Assembly (NCBI GenBank): GCA_047285305.1
Contig: JBJBDL010000003.1
Coordinates: 960,001-1,024,000, forward strand
DNA: 64,000 nucleotides
Direction: 5' to 3'
DNA from: Synechococcus sp.
Lineage (GTDB): Bacteria > Cyanobacteriota > Cyanobacteriia > PCC-6307 > Cyanobiaceae
The translations under genes were made by a program, and so were the position numbers. The notes below the pieces were generated by a model. That model was not told where the DNA came from. It made no database searches and was given only the letters and a program-made list of their open reading frames with translations. Of this stretch, positions 33,395-42,426 are shown piece after piece; position 1 is the stretch's first letter; every line of letters begins with the position of its first letter.

Positions 33395-34331
33395 CACCGC
33401 TGGTAGTCCCCTGCCGGTCTGGTCCTCCCAAGTTACGGTCCAGCCAGGGCAACAACACAGCCATGAAGCGATCAGGTGCTTCGTCATGGGGGCAGTGGCC
33501 GCAGCGATCCAGCACCTTCAGCTCGAGTTCTGAGTGGCTGGCGGCCACGGATTCCCCGATGGCCAGGGGCACAAACCGATCCTGACGGCCCCAGATCAGC
33601 AACATCGGCACCTGCAGTTGTTTGAGCAGGGCGGGGGCGGTGGCGCCTCGGGGACGGTTGGCCATGCCCAGGCTCATGCCCCGCAGGGCCCGGGCTGCTG
33701 TAGGGCGCCGGGCAGGACGGGCGATCAGCTGCAGCAGCTCCGGGTCGGATTGGATCGACTGCCAGTAGGCCCCCTGAAGCCCGGCTTTGAGCAAGCCCGT
33801 TCGTGCGATCAAAGGCACCACAAGTTCAAGCGGGAGCACGTGCAGCACCAGGGCGAGCAGGCGCCGCTGCCAACGCCGCCGCCAGGCCGCCCGCCGTTTC
33901 GGCAGCGGTTGAATCAGGGCAGGGTCCGGCAGGGGCGCGGCGACCACCGCCCGCACCCTGTTCGGCGCCAGCACCGCCGCGGTGAGTGCGGTCAGGCCCC
34001 CCAGGGAATTGCCGATCACCACCGCTGGCCCTTGCACCACCTGGTCGAGGAATGCGCACACCTGCAGGGCCCAGAGCCGGTTGTCCATCGGCCGCGCCGG
34101 CTGGGCGGATTGGCCGAAACCAAGCAGATCCAGGCTGTAGACCCGCCAGCCCTGGTCAGCCAGCCGCGGCGCGCAATGGCGCCAGTGTCCGCTGGCGGCG
34201 CCGAAACCGTGCAACAGCAGCAGGGCAGGGCCCGTTTCAGGGCCGCTGACCCGCCAGTGGCAGGGCCAGTCCCTCCACTGCCAGGTGCTCTGGACACCCC
34301 AGTCGGCAGTCTGGACAGCAGCAGGCGGCAC
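33366..34331 (-). CDS. Alpha/beta fold hydrolase
   Basis: LLHGFGA...HW, DLLGFG.S, GNSLGG nucleophile motif, GHCPHDE. Confidence 0.88.
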   Translation of the reverse strand: MPPAAVQTADWGVQSTWQWRDWPCHWRVSGPETGPALLLLHGFGAASGHWRHCAPRLADQGWRVYSLDLLGFGQSAQPARPMDNRLWALQVCAFLDQVVQGPAVVIGNSLGGLTALTAAVLAPNRVRAVVAAPLPDPALIQPLPKRRAAWRRRWQRRLLALVLHVLPLELVVPLIARTGLLKAGLQGAYWQSIQSDPELLQLIARPARRPTAARALRGMSLGMANRPRGATAPALLKQLQVPMLLIWGRQDRFVPLAIGESVAASHSELELKVLDRCGHCPHDEAPDRFMAVLLPWLDRNLGGPDRQGTTSGDETHPFGGG

Positions 34332-35499
34332 CCTTCTGACCTCAACCGATCATCACTATCGCGAAGGTTTGGCTGAGCTCAGCCTTGGCCCAGGCTTTTT
34401 CAGGCCTGAGTCGCGTCCGGCCCGGGACCTTTCGGTGTTGCTGGCCCGTCACCAGAGCCGCCATGCCACGCGGCCCTTGCGCTGGCTTGATCTGATGGCC
34501 GGTTGCGGGATCAGGTCCCTGCGCTGGGGGGTGGAGGCGCTGGCCAACACGGCCGTTAAAACGGAGCTCTGGATCAACGATGGGGATCCCGACCGGCTAC
34601 CGCTGATCCAGGCCAATGTGCAGGGGCTGGGGTGTTCAACCCGGCTCACGGCTGAGGCTGCAGACCTGCTTCTGTATCGCTCGATTGTTGAGCGCCACCG
34701 TTTCGATTTCATCGACCTTGATGCCTTTGGTGCTCCTGGGCCTCTGATTCAGCCGGCACTTCAGGCTCTGCGCTTCGACGGCCTGTTGTTTCTGGCCTCC
34801 ACGGATGGTCGCTCCCCCACCGGCCACGACCGGCCTGGCGCCATCCGCAGCCTAGGGGTTGCCGCTCGCGTCCATCCTTCCAGCTGGGAAATGGCCCTGC
34901 GGCAGCAGATTGGGCTGGTGGCGCGGCAGGCTTGGATGCTGGGCCACGGACTGCAGCCGCTGTTCAGCTTCAGTGAAGGCCGCACCTTTCGCCTCGCCCT
35001 GCGCCTGCGGCGCCAGATCCCCGCGGGCGATGAACAGAAGCTGGGGCTGGTGGCCCGTTGCGAACGCTGTGGTGCCCAGCGGGTGCAGCCTCTGCTTAAG
35101 CTCAGCGGCTGGCCCGCCTGTGATTGCGTGGCTGGGCAGGGGCGCTGGAGCATCAGCGGCCCACTGTGGATCGGTCCCTTGCAGGAGCCACAGTTGTTGC
35201 AGCAGCTGATTGCCGAGGCTCAACAGCTGGGGCGTCAGCAGATCAGCCCCGCCACCATTCGATTGATGCAGCGCTTGCAGGCGGATCCCGGCGATCGCCC
35301 CACGGTGTGGCCCACCTATGAGCTGGCCCGACGGCTGGGCATCGGTGGACCACCAGCTCTGGGGCCATTGGTGCAGGCGCTCCAAGCGGCGGGTTATCGC
35401 GCCAGTGCCAATGGCGTCATGCCTGGCCAGGTGCGAACTGACGCGGAATTACCGCAGCTGTTACAGATCTGCGCCAGCCTGCGGGGGGAAGGGATTTAA
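34285..35499 (+). CDS. Trm1-like tRNA (guanine-N2)-dimethyltransferase
   Basis: EG....., FFRP....[29 protein letters not shown], CxxC, GPLWIGPL; start uncertain. Confidence 0.8.
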   Translation: MLWTPQSAVWTAAGGTLLTSTDHHYREGLAELSLGPGFFRPESRPARDLSVLLARHQSRHATRPLRWLDLMAGCGIRSLRWGVEALANTAVKTELWINDGDPDRLPLIQANVQGLGCSTRLTAEAADLLLYRSIVERHRFDFIDLDAFGAPGPLIQPALQALRFDGLLFLASTDGRSPTGHDRPGAIRSLGVAARVHPSSWEMALRQQIGLVARQAWMLGHGLQPLFSFSEGRTFRLALRLRRQIPAGDEQKLGLVARCERCGAQRVQPLLKLSGWPACDCVAGQGRWSISGPLWIGPLQEPQLLQQLIAEAQQLGRQQISPATIRLMQRLQADPGDRPTVWPTYELARRLGIGGPPALGPLVQALQAAGYRASANGVMPGQVRTDAELPQLLQICASLRGEGI

Positions 35500-35527
35500 A
35501 TGGGCGGGTGATCGCTTTGCCCAGACC

Positions 35528-35629
35528 ATGGCTGCTGAGATTTTTGGAACTGCTGCGATCTTCTGGGTCTTGATTCCGGTCGGCCTCGCTGGTGGTGCTC
35601 TGCTGCTGAAACTGCAGGGCGATGACTGA
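35528..35629 (+). CDS. petM: Cytochrome b6f complex subunit VII
   Basis: [33 protein letters not shown], a single transmembrane helix upstream of ycf39. Confidence 0.92.
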   Translation: MAAEIFGTAAIFWVLIPVGLAGGALLLKLQGDD

Positions 35630-35685
35630 AGCAGTCGCTTTGTAACCGGGGCCATTAAGCTCCACCCTTCGTGAGGAAGGCGCCG

Positions 35686-36648
35686 ATGCAAGTGCTTGTG
35701 GTGGGTGGCACCGGCACCCTGGGACGACAGGTCGCCCGTCGTGCCCTTGATGCCGGCCACCAGGTGCGCTGCATGGTGCGGACCCCCCGCAAGGCTGCCT
35801 TTCTGCAGGAATGGGGTTGTGAGCTGACCCGCGGTGACCTATTGGAGCCCGACAGCCTCGATTACGCCCTTGAGGGCATGGATGCCGTGATCGATGCATC
35901 CACCAGTCGCCCCAACGACCCCCGCAGCATTTACGAAACAGATTGGGACGGAAAGCTCAATCTGCTTCGTGCCTGTGAGCGAGCAGGGGTCAAGCGTTTT
36001 GTCTTTCTCTCGCTGCTGGGTGCGCATCAGCACCGCGAGGTTCCCTTGATGGACATCAAGGCTTGTACCGAGAAGCTGCTTGAGTCGTCGGATTTCGACT
36101 ACACGATCCTGCAGGGTGCCGCCTTCATGCAGGGGGTGATCAGTCAGTTCGCCATTCCTGTTCTGGAGAGCCAGACCGTTTGGGTCAGTGGCAGCCCCAC
36201 GGCCATTGCCTACATGAACACCCAGGACATGGCCCGCTTCGCCGTCGCGGCACTCGAGCGGGAGGAAACCGTGCGTGGCACTTACCCCGTTGTTGGTCCC
36301 AAGGCCTGGAACACCGGCGAACTGGTGCAGCTCTGTGAACGCTGCAGTGGCAAGACAGCCCGCGTGTTTCGGGTGCAGCCATTCCTGATGAACCTGATGC
36401 AGGGGGTGGCGTCCTTCTTTGAACCCGCCGTCAACGTGGCGGAGCGCTTGGCTTTTGCTGAGGTCACCGGCAGCGGCCAGACCCTGGATGCCCCGATGCA
36501 AAACAGCTATGCCGCCTTCGGTCTTGAGGCCTCGGAGACCACGGACATGGAGAGCTACATCGGTGAGTACTACGACACGATCCTGAAACGCCTGCGCGAG
36601 ATGGAAGCTGATCTCGACAAGGACGCGAAGAAAAAGCTGCCCTTCTGA
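35686..36648 (+). CDS. ycf39: Ycf39-like NAD(P)-binding PSII assembly factor
   Basis: VLVVGGTGTLGRQ, FLQEWG.EL..GDL, DW.GK, VPLMDIK.CTE, AYMNTQD. Confidence 0.88.
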   Translation: MQVLVVGGTGTLGRQVARRALDAGHQVRCMVRTPRKAAFLQEWGCELTRGDLLEPDSLDYALEGMDAVIDASTSRPNDPRSIYETDWDGKLNLLRACERAGVKRFVFLSLLGAHQHREVPLMDIKACTEKLLESSDFDYTILQGAAFMQGVISQFAIPVLESQTVWVSGSPTAIAYMNTQDMARFAVAALEREETVRGTYPVVGPKAWNTGELVQLCERCSGKTARVFRVQPFLMNLMQGVASFFEPAVNVAERLAFAEVTGSGQTLDAPMQNSYAAFGLEASETTDMESYIGEYYDTILKRLREMEADLDKDAKKKLPF

Positions 36649-36701
36649 ACCTTGACCCCTCCTGGTTCTTTTGTACTATCGCCTCAATTGATCCTGTCCT
36701 G

Positions 36702-36917
36702 ATGGCTGTCGCTCAGCTCAAAAATCTGCAGCGGCGTCTGCAGTTGTTGTCGGATGAGGCGGAACAAGGCCTCAACCGCGTCTGCGGCCATGAGCTATGG
36801 AAGTCAGTGGGTCCCGATGCGGTGGACGGTGTGGCCGACCCCGACCGACGGGCCGAGGCCAACTACTGGTACGGCCAGTGGAATGTGGTACGTGAGCTGC
36901 AGGAGGCGATCGGCTGA
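36702..36917 (+). CDS. Hypothetical protein (71 aa), stop overlaps the start of the downstream methyltransferase
   Basis: ORF fills the gap exactly, TGATG stop/start overlap, TACTAT -10-like hexamer upstream. Confidence 0.7.
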   Translation: MAVAQLKNLQRRLQLLSDEAEQGLNRVCGHELWKSVGPDAVDGVADPDRRAEANYWYGQWNVVRELQEAIG

Positions 36918-37729
36918 TGGCGGAATCGTGTTGTTCGTCCCTAGTGCCTCAGTCTCTGGATCAAACCCAGGCGGTGGAAGCCCGCTACGGGGCTGCTGCC
37001 CAAGAGCAGGAAGCCTGCCTTTGCACCCCGGTCGGCTTCGACCCTGCCCTGCTCAAGGTGATTCCTGATGCTGTCGTTGAGCGGGATTACGGCTGTGGTG
37101 ACCCCACCCGCTGGGTGAAGCAGGGGGACCGCGTGCTCGACCTGGGCAGCGGCAGCGGCAAAAACGCCTTCATCTGCAGCCAGATTGTCGGGGCATCCGG
37201 CGGCGTGACCGGTGTGGACCGCAACGGAGACATGCTGGCCTTGTCGCGTCAAGCGATCCCGGTTGTTGCTTCAGCTGTGGGCTTCGACAACGTCCGTTTT
37301 GTTGATGGGGCCATCGAAGCCCTGGATGCCCCTACGGCCACGGGTGAACCTCTGATCGCTGACGGTTCGATCGATGTGGTGCTGAGCAACTGTGTGCTCA
37401 ACCTGGTGAACCCGTCGGCACGCGACAGGCTCCTGGCCAACATTCGCAGGGTCCTGGCCCCCGGTGGTCGTGTTGCCATCAGCGACATTGTTTGCGATCA
37501 GGTGGTGCCCCTGCGTTTGCAGCAGGACCCTGATCTCTGGAGTGGCTGCATCAGCGGCGCCTGGCAGGAGCAGGCCTTCCTTGAGGCATTCGAAACTCTT
37601 GGCTTTGAGCAGGTTCGCTACGCCGATCGCAGTGAGCAGCCCTGGCGTGTGGTGGAGGGCATTGAATTCCGGGCGGTCACCCTCGTCGGTGCCCTCCCCG
37701 CCGATGGCCAGCGCTCGAGCTGCTGCTGA
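36917..37729 (+). CDS. SAM-dependent methyltransferase, arsenite methyltransferase (ArsM/AS3MT)-like
   Basis: CLC, YGCGDP, LDLGSGSG, SNCVLNL, WSGCISGA, plus terminal CC pairs. Confidence 0.75.
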   Translation: MAESCCSSLVPQSLDQTQAVEARYGAAAQEQEACLCTPVGFDPALLKVIPDAVVERDYGCGDPTRWVKQGDRVLDLGSGSGKNAFICSQIVGASGGVTGVDRNGDMLALSRQAIPVVASAVGFDNVRFVDGAIEALDAPTATGEPLIADGSIDVVLSNCVLNLVNPSARDRLLANIRRVLAPGGRVAISDIVCDQVVPLRLQQDPDLWSGCISGAWQEQAFLEAFETLGFEQVRYADRSEQPWRVVEGIEFRAVTLVGALPADGQRSSCC

Positions 37730-38324
37730 TCAGGCGGTTGAGCCGTTCCTGTTCAGCTGCGGTCACAGCACGCCAACTGCCGGGTTGAAGGCCCGTGAGG
37801 TCCAGCGGGGGATCGTTGTCCATCAGATCGATGCAGCAACGCACCAGGCGCAACGTCGGCAGTCCAACAGCCGCAGTCATCCGGCGCACCTGCCGGTTGC
37901 GCCCCTCGGCGAGTGACAGCTGCAACCAACTTGTGGGAATCGCAGCGCGATAACGAATCGGAGGCGTTCGTTCGGGCAACTGCGGTTGGTCTTGGCCCTG
38001 AAGCCAGTGCGCTTTTGCCGGCAAGGTGCGGCGCCCCTGAATCACAACGCCATCGCAGAGCTGTTGCAGTTGATCGGTGTTGGGAGTGCCTTCCACCTGT
38101 GCCCAGTAGCTGCGCCAGTGGCCAAAGCGAGGGTCGGTGAGGCGTTGTTGCAGTCGGCCGTTGCTGGTGAGGATCAGCAACCCTTCGCTGTCGGCATCGA
38201 GTCGCCCCGCGGCGTACACCTTGGGCACATCAACAAAGTCGCTGAGGCACCGCCAACGGCTTCCCTCCTCCGGCGTGAATTGACTTAAAACCCCGTAGGG
38301 CTTGTTCAGCAGCAGCGTCGTCAA
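37677..38324 (-). CDS. rluE: rRNA pseudouridine synthase (RluE/RsuA family)
   Basis: NKPYGVLSQFT, GRLDADSEGLL, PERTPPIRYR..IPTSW, EGRNRQVRRMTAAVG.PTLRL; TTG start at 38324. Confidence 0.85.
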   Translation of the reverse strand: MTTLLLNKPYGVLSQFTPEEGSRWRCLSDFVDVPKVYAAGRLDADSEGLLILTSNGRLQQRLTDPRFGHWRSYWAQVEGTPNTDQLQQLCDGVVIQGRRTLPAKAHWLQGQDQPQLPERTPPIRYRAAIPTSWLQLSLAEGRNRQVRRMTAAVGLPTLRLVRCCIDLMDNDPPLDLTGLQPGSWRAVTAAEQERLNRLISSSSSAGHRRGGHRRG

Positions 38325-38325
38325 G

Positions 38326-38418
38326 TCAGCTTGCGTTTTCGCGCATCCTCCACAGGTTGACCACGCCAATGGAGATCAATAGCAGGCCGAGATCCAGGCT
38401 CAACGGGGGGAGAATCAC
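38326..38418 (-). CDS. Putative 30-aa single-pass membrane peptide (not in ORF track)
   Basis: GTG..TGA read by hand: MILPPLSLDLGLLLISIGVVNLWRMRENAS; stop lies 1 nt before the rluE start. Confidence 0.5.
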   Translation of the reverse strand: MILPPLSLDLGLLLISIGVVNLWRMRENAS

Positions 38419-38525
38419 GGCAGAGGGATGTGTGTCGGCGTTGGAGCCTAAGGGCTGTGTTGCTTCTGCGGGGTGCAAGTGGCCTTCTAAACTGACCGAA
38501 GCAAGACAGAACTGGCCACCAGCGC

Positions 38526-38795
38526 ATGATCGAAACCTCGGGCGTGATCGAGAAGGAACAGGGCAACGGGTTCTATCTGGTCACCCTCGAACAGCCTGCT
38601 GGCCACCAATGCCTCTGCAGAGCCGCTGGAAAGCTCACCAAGTTCCGGATCAAACTGCTTGCTGGTGACAAGGTGCTGGTGGAGATCAGCCCCTACGACC
38701 TCACCCGCGGTCGGATCACCTACCGCGAGCGCAATGCCGGTGCTCCCGGCGGTCGTCCCGGCGGCAACCGCCCCGGCGGACCGCGCCGTCGCTGA
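38526..38795 (+). CDS. infA: Translation initiation factor IF-1
   Basis: IE..G.I......F.V.L.....LC..AGK...RI..L.GD.V.VE.SPYDL.RGRITYR. Confidence 0.93.
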   Translation: MIETSGVIEKEQGNGFYLVTLEQPAGHQCLCRAAGKLTKFRIKLLAGDKVLVEISPYDLTRGRITYRERNAGAPGGRPGGNRPGGPRRR

Positions 38796-38811
38796 GGGCT
38801 ACTGCCCTCAG
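38792..38811. terminator. Hairpin between convergent infA and trxB, possible bidirectional terminator
   Basis: CTGAGGGC-tact-GCCCTCAG perfect 8-bp stem containing both stop codons; no U tract. Confidence 0.4.
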
Positions 38812-40190
38812 GCGGCAGCCTGAAGGCAAGCTTCAATCGCAGCTCTGAATTCACTGCGTTGCTTCACGCCGCGCCACTGTTTCACCATCGCTTTGTTGTG
38901 GAACAGCTGCACCGTAGGTGTGCCGTTCACTCCGGCCTGTTCGGCGATCTCCTGATCGGCTTCAATGTCGATAACGACGGCCTGGGCGGATCCATCAAGT
39001 TCTTGAATCACCCGTTGCAACTGGGGTTTCAGCACGTGGCAAGGGCCGCAGCTCGGTGAGGTGTAAATCACCAGCAGAGGCTTGGCGCTGTCGTGATACA
39101 GCTTGCGCAGGGCAAAGCTCCCTTTCTGCCACAGCCCCTGGGGGTCGTAGGTGGCTTCCGTGGTGACATCCACATTCACAGGGCGTTCCGCTACCGCTGG
39201 CTCCACCTGCTCACGCTGCACCCGGGTGGCCAGGTTGTGGTGACTCAGCCAGCGCTCCGCTGCTAAGGCCGCCTTGCAGCCGCTGCCAGCTGCGGTGATG
39301 CCCTGCCGCCATTCGGCATCGGCCACGTCACCGGCTGCGAAGACGCCTTCCATGGACGTTTCCGGTCGTCCCGTTTCCGTTGTCAGGTAACCCTTTTCGT
39401 CCAGATCAATTTGCCCCTGAAGTAGATCGGTGTTGGGGGTGTGGCCGATGGCATAGAAGAGCCCTTTAACGGCGATGGTGGATGAACTGCCCTCGATGCG
39501 ATTGCGCAGGGTCATCGACTTCATCCAGTCATCTCCGCTTACGTCTTTAATTTCGCTGTTCCAGTGCACCGTGATCGCGTCGTTGGCCAACACCCGATCA
39601 GCCATGGCGGCACTGGCGCGGAGTTTGTCGGAGCGCACCACCAGATGCACGTGGCTTCCGTACTTGGTGAGGTACACCGCCTCCTCGCAGGCAGAGTCTC
39701 CGCCGCCCACCACGGCGAGTTCTTCGTTGCGGAACTGCGGTGTGGCGCCGTCACAGATCGCGCAGGCGCTGATGCCTTTGCTCCAGAAGGTTTGCTCCGA
39801 GGGCAATTGGAGGCGGTTGGCACTGGCGCCCGTGGCAATCACCAGGGCGTGGGTGCGGATGGTCTGTCCTTCCACCTCAATGCAATAGGGCTTGGAGCTG
39901 AGATCAATCCTGTCGGCATCAGCCTCCAGCAGGTGAGTGCCCCACCGCACCGCCTGAGACTTCATCAGGTCCATCAGGTCGGGCCCGAGCACACCATCCG
40001 GGAAGCCCGGAAAATTTTCCACATGGGTGGTGGTCATCAGCTGGCCACCGGGGATGCCACCGCGTTGGAACCCAGTGATAAGCAGCGGTTGCAGGTTGGC
40101 CCGTGCGGCGTAGATGGCGGCTGTGTACCCGGCTGGCCCTGACCCAATGATCACCAGGTTTTCGATGTGATCCGTACCGGTTTGGCCCAC
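38808..40190 (-). CDS. trxB: NADPH-thioredoxin reductase with fused C-terminal thioredoxin (NTRC type)
   Basis: [40 protein letters not shown], and a C-terminal CGPC thioredoxin domain. Confidence 0.93.
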   Translation of the reverse strand: MGQTGTDHIENLVIIGSGPAGYTAAIYAARANLQPLLITGFQRGGIPGGQLMTTTHVENFPGFPDGVLGPDLMDLMKSQAVRWGTHLLEADADRIDLSSKPYCIEVEGQTIRTHALVIATGASANRLQLPSEQTFWSKGISACAICDGATPQFRNEELAVVGGGDSACEEAVYLTKYGSHVHLVVRSDKLRASAAMADRVLANDAITVHWNSEIKDVSGDDWMKSMTLRNRIEGSSSTIAVKGLFYAIGHTPNTDLLQGQIDLDEKGYLTTETGRPETSMEGVFAAGDVADAEWRQGITAAGSGCKAALAAERWLSHHNLATRVQREQVEPAVAERPVNVDVTTEATYDPQGLWQKGSFALRKLYHDSAKPLLVIYTSPSCGPCHVLKPQLQRVIQELDGSAQAVVIDIEADQEIAEQAGVNGTPTVQLFHNKAMVKQWRGVKQRSEFRAAIEACLQAAA

Positions 40191-40298
40191 CGCTTAAGCG
40201 AACTGACTATGAGTTAAATCTAAAGCCCTACTGGAAGCCGGCGTGAGCAAAGGCTTGAAAATGAATGAATTAAATTTTAGGAGTATTTAAGAAAAAGT

Positions 40299-40547
40299 TC
40301 AGATTTCGACTTGTGAGTCGTTGGAGCTGGGGTCGTGAATCGGACGCCGTTTGCTCGGGTTGCGCGGGACCGCCAAAACATTGGCCTCAAGCATCTCGAC
40401 GTTTTCGCCGATGCATGTGATCCATTCGCAGAATTCTTGCGTTATCGCATAACTGTCTTCATAGCGCTCTTCCTTGTCCAGGACTGCGATGCGCGTGGAT
40501 GCCCAGCCCGCTGCAACGACGATCCGGCGTTCCATTGCGGCGTCCAT
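40299..40547 (-). CDS. Hypothetical protein (82 aa)
   Basis: ORF with GAGGAG Shine-Dalgarno 6 nt upstream of the ATG; fills the intergenic gap. Confidence 0.7.
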   Translation of the reverse strand: MDAAMERRIVVAAGWASTRIAVLDKEERYEDSYAITQEFCEWITCIGENVEMLEANVLAVPRNPSKRRPIHDPSSNDSQVEI

Positions 40548-40643
40548 AGCTGTCTCCTCGATGTTGATCAGGTTGGCGGATCGGGGGTCCCTTTCGGCCG
40601 TTCATTCGCACAAATTCGCATTTTCCTCTGGCCAATGCTGTGT

Positions 40644-42104
40644 TCAGCGCTGCAAAAAAGCTGGCAATTCGGGCGTTTTCAGCCGGATCACAGCACCGGC
40701 TCCGTCCTCCACCGCTTCGAGGGGCAGGCTCGGCCCGCGCCAGGCGCCAACCCCCGGCCGCTCGTCTTCGGCCCCCTGCTCCTGAGGCCGAAGCACGTAG
40801 GGCTCGGCCACTGACCATGAGCGGGCGTAGTCCATCAGCAGTGGGTCTGCTGGAGCAAACACGTAGGAGGCTTCTCTGGGAACGGCTTCACTGGCGGCCA
40901 GTTCGGGCGTCATCCGCACAGCCCGGGTGATGCCCTGCACAAAACGGCTTCGGGTTACCACGGTGGTCAGGTAGGCCACCACCCGCAGGCGTGGCGCATC
41001 AAAGCCTTCCGCGCACATGTCGATGCTCACCAGCCAATCGGCGTTACCGCTTTGGAAGGCTTTCAAGCGCTCCGCTGCTTGGGGGCTCTGGGAATGGATT
41101 AATTCCACCCGGTTGCCGTCGTCAACTAACACCCGGCTGATGGCTTCGGCGTGGCTGATGTCGCGGGCGATCACAAGACCAGCAGCCTGCGGCTGTCCCT
41201 CACGCAACTGGTTCAGCTTCTGCTGGGCGCGCAGCAGCACTTGCTGGCCAATGCTGCTGCTGTCGGCCAGGCGGATGGCGCGACGCAGGTTTCGCGCGCG
41301 CCAGCTTTCCCGTTGCTCCGCCGAGAGGGGGGAAACGTCGCGGTCCGGGTGTCCTTCGCGACTGTGTTCCACCCAGCCGTCCTGAAAACGGAACTCCAGG
41401 GGGCGCACATCCCCTGCGGCGATCAAGTCCCTGGGTTCCACACAGAGATCCGGACGGATCTGTTCCGCCCATCCACCGTCGTCCAGTCGCACGCGGATGC
41501 GACGGGCGGCGCAGAACGCCAGGTTGTCGGCACGAAAAGGGGTGCCCGTGAGCCCCAGCCGCAGCCGCACGCTGCCTGTCAGCTCCAGAAAGGTCTGCCC
41601 CCAGGCGGTGGCGTCCGGTTCGTCGGGATCAACGCCGAGATGGTGGGCCTCATCGGCAATCGCTATGCAGCTGCTCAGGCCCCATTGCTCGAGCCGTGCC
41701 CCCAGAACTTCGCGCTGGCGACCGGCCCCCTGATAGGTCACCAGCAAGCCATCAGCGTCCTGGCTTTGCTCCGGCGGGCACGGCCACTCCTCAAGCCGCA
41801 AGCCAAGACGCGCCGCGGCGGATTTCCATTGGTTGAGGATTGAGGTCCGGTGGCAGAAGACCAGGAAATGGTTCAGCCGGCCTTGATCGCGCATGGCGCG
41901 GAATCCCAGTAAAGCCCCGAGGGTTTTTCCTGCCCCTGGGCCTGCAAACACCAGCAGGTCGCGGCTGCTGCCCTCAAGCCCGAGCCTGCGCCGCAGCAGC
42001 TGGATCAGCTGTTGCTGCCACTGCCTTGGTTGAACTTGCCTTGGTTGAACCTGGCGGGCTTGGGCCCCGTTCGTGTTCTGCCTGGCCGGGAGGTTGAAGC
42101 TGAC
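40644..42104 (-). CDS. Superfamily II helicase/ATPase (ResIII/DEAH type)
   Basis: PRQWQ, GPGAGKT Walker A, DEAHH, LTGTPFR.D, EGFDAPRL; 5' end uncertain because no canonical start lies upstream of 41951. Confidence 0.82.
   Translation of the reverse strand, partial: VSFNLPARQNTNGAQARQVQPRQVQPRQWQQQLIQLLRRRLGLEGSSRDLLVFAGPGAGKTLGALLGFRAMRDQGRLNHFLVFCHRTSILNQWKSAAARLGLRLEEWPCPPEQSQDADGLLVTYQGAGRQREVLGARLEQWGLSSCIAIADEAHHLGVDPDEPDATAWGQTFLELTGSVRLRLGLTGTPFRADNLAFCAARRIRVRLDDGGWAEQIRPDLCVEPRDLIAAGDVRPLEFRFQDGWVEHSREGHPDRDVSPLSAEQRESWRARNLRRAIRLADSSSIGQQVLLRAQQKLNQLREGQPQAAGLVIARDISHAEAISRVLVDDGNRVELIHSQSPQAAERLKAFQSGNADWLVSIDMCAEGFDAPRLRVVAYLTTVVTRSRFVQGITRAVRMTPELAASEAVPREASYVFAPADPLLMDYARSWSVAEPYVLRPQEQGAEDERPGVGAWRGPSLPLEAVEDGAGAVIRLKTPELPAFLQR
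42022..42051. repeat. 15-bp tandem duplication (encodes QVQPR twice) in the helicase 5' region
   Basis: TGCCTTGGTTGAACT followed by TGCCTTGGTTGAACC. Confidence 0.8.
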
Positions 42105-42215
42105 GGCTGAGATATCACCTCCCGGGAAGATGAGTCTTTTTAACCATTACTTTGCGCTGTGGCATCTCTACCGTCCGGCCATCAGCTCCATCGGGATCGG
42201 GTCCCGCCCATCGCC

Positions 42216-42392
42216 ATGGCCCAACGTCGTTTCTTCAGCAGCCCCCTCGATCAGCAGCGCGACCGGCTCGATGGCTGCTGGCAACTCGAATGCGACATCG
42301 ATCCGTTGATTCTTCGGGCCCGCGTCCTGCACCGCCGCGGAGAGGTGAACGGTGCCGCCGGCCTCGAACAGGAAGTGCTGCCGATCGTCTGA
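42216..42392 (+). CDS. Small hypothetical protein (58 aa)
   Basis: MAQRRFFSSPLDQQRDRLDGCWQLECDIDPLILRAR...EQEVLPIV; fills the gap between two minus-strand genes. Confidence 0.6.
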   Translation: MAQRRFFSSPLDQQRDRLDGCWQLECDIDPLILRARVLHRRGEVNGAAGLEQEVLPIV

Positions 42393-42426
42393 TCCAGCAG
42401 CACGTCTTGGAACATCAGCGCCTGCT

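Noticed and set aside
38808..40190. Thioredoxin reductase-thioredoxin fusion as a novel fusion
   Set aside because: This is the known NTRC architecture of oxygenic phototrophs
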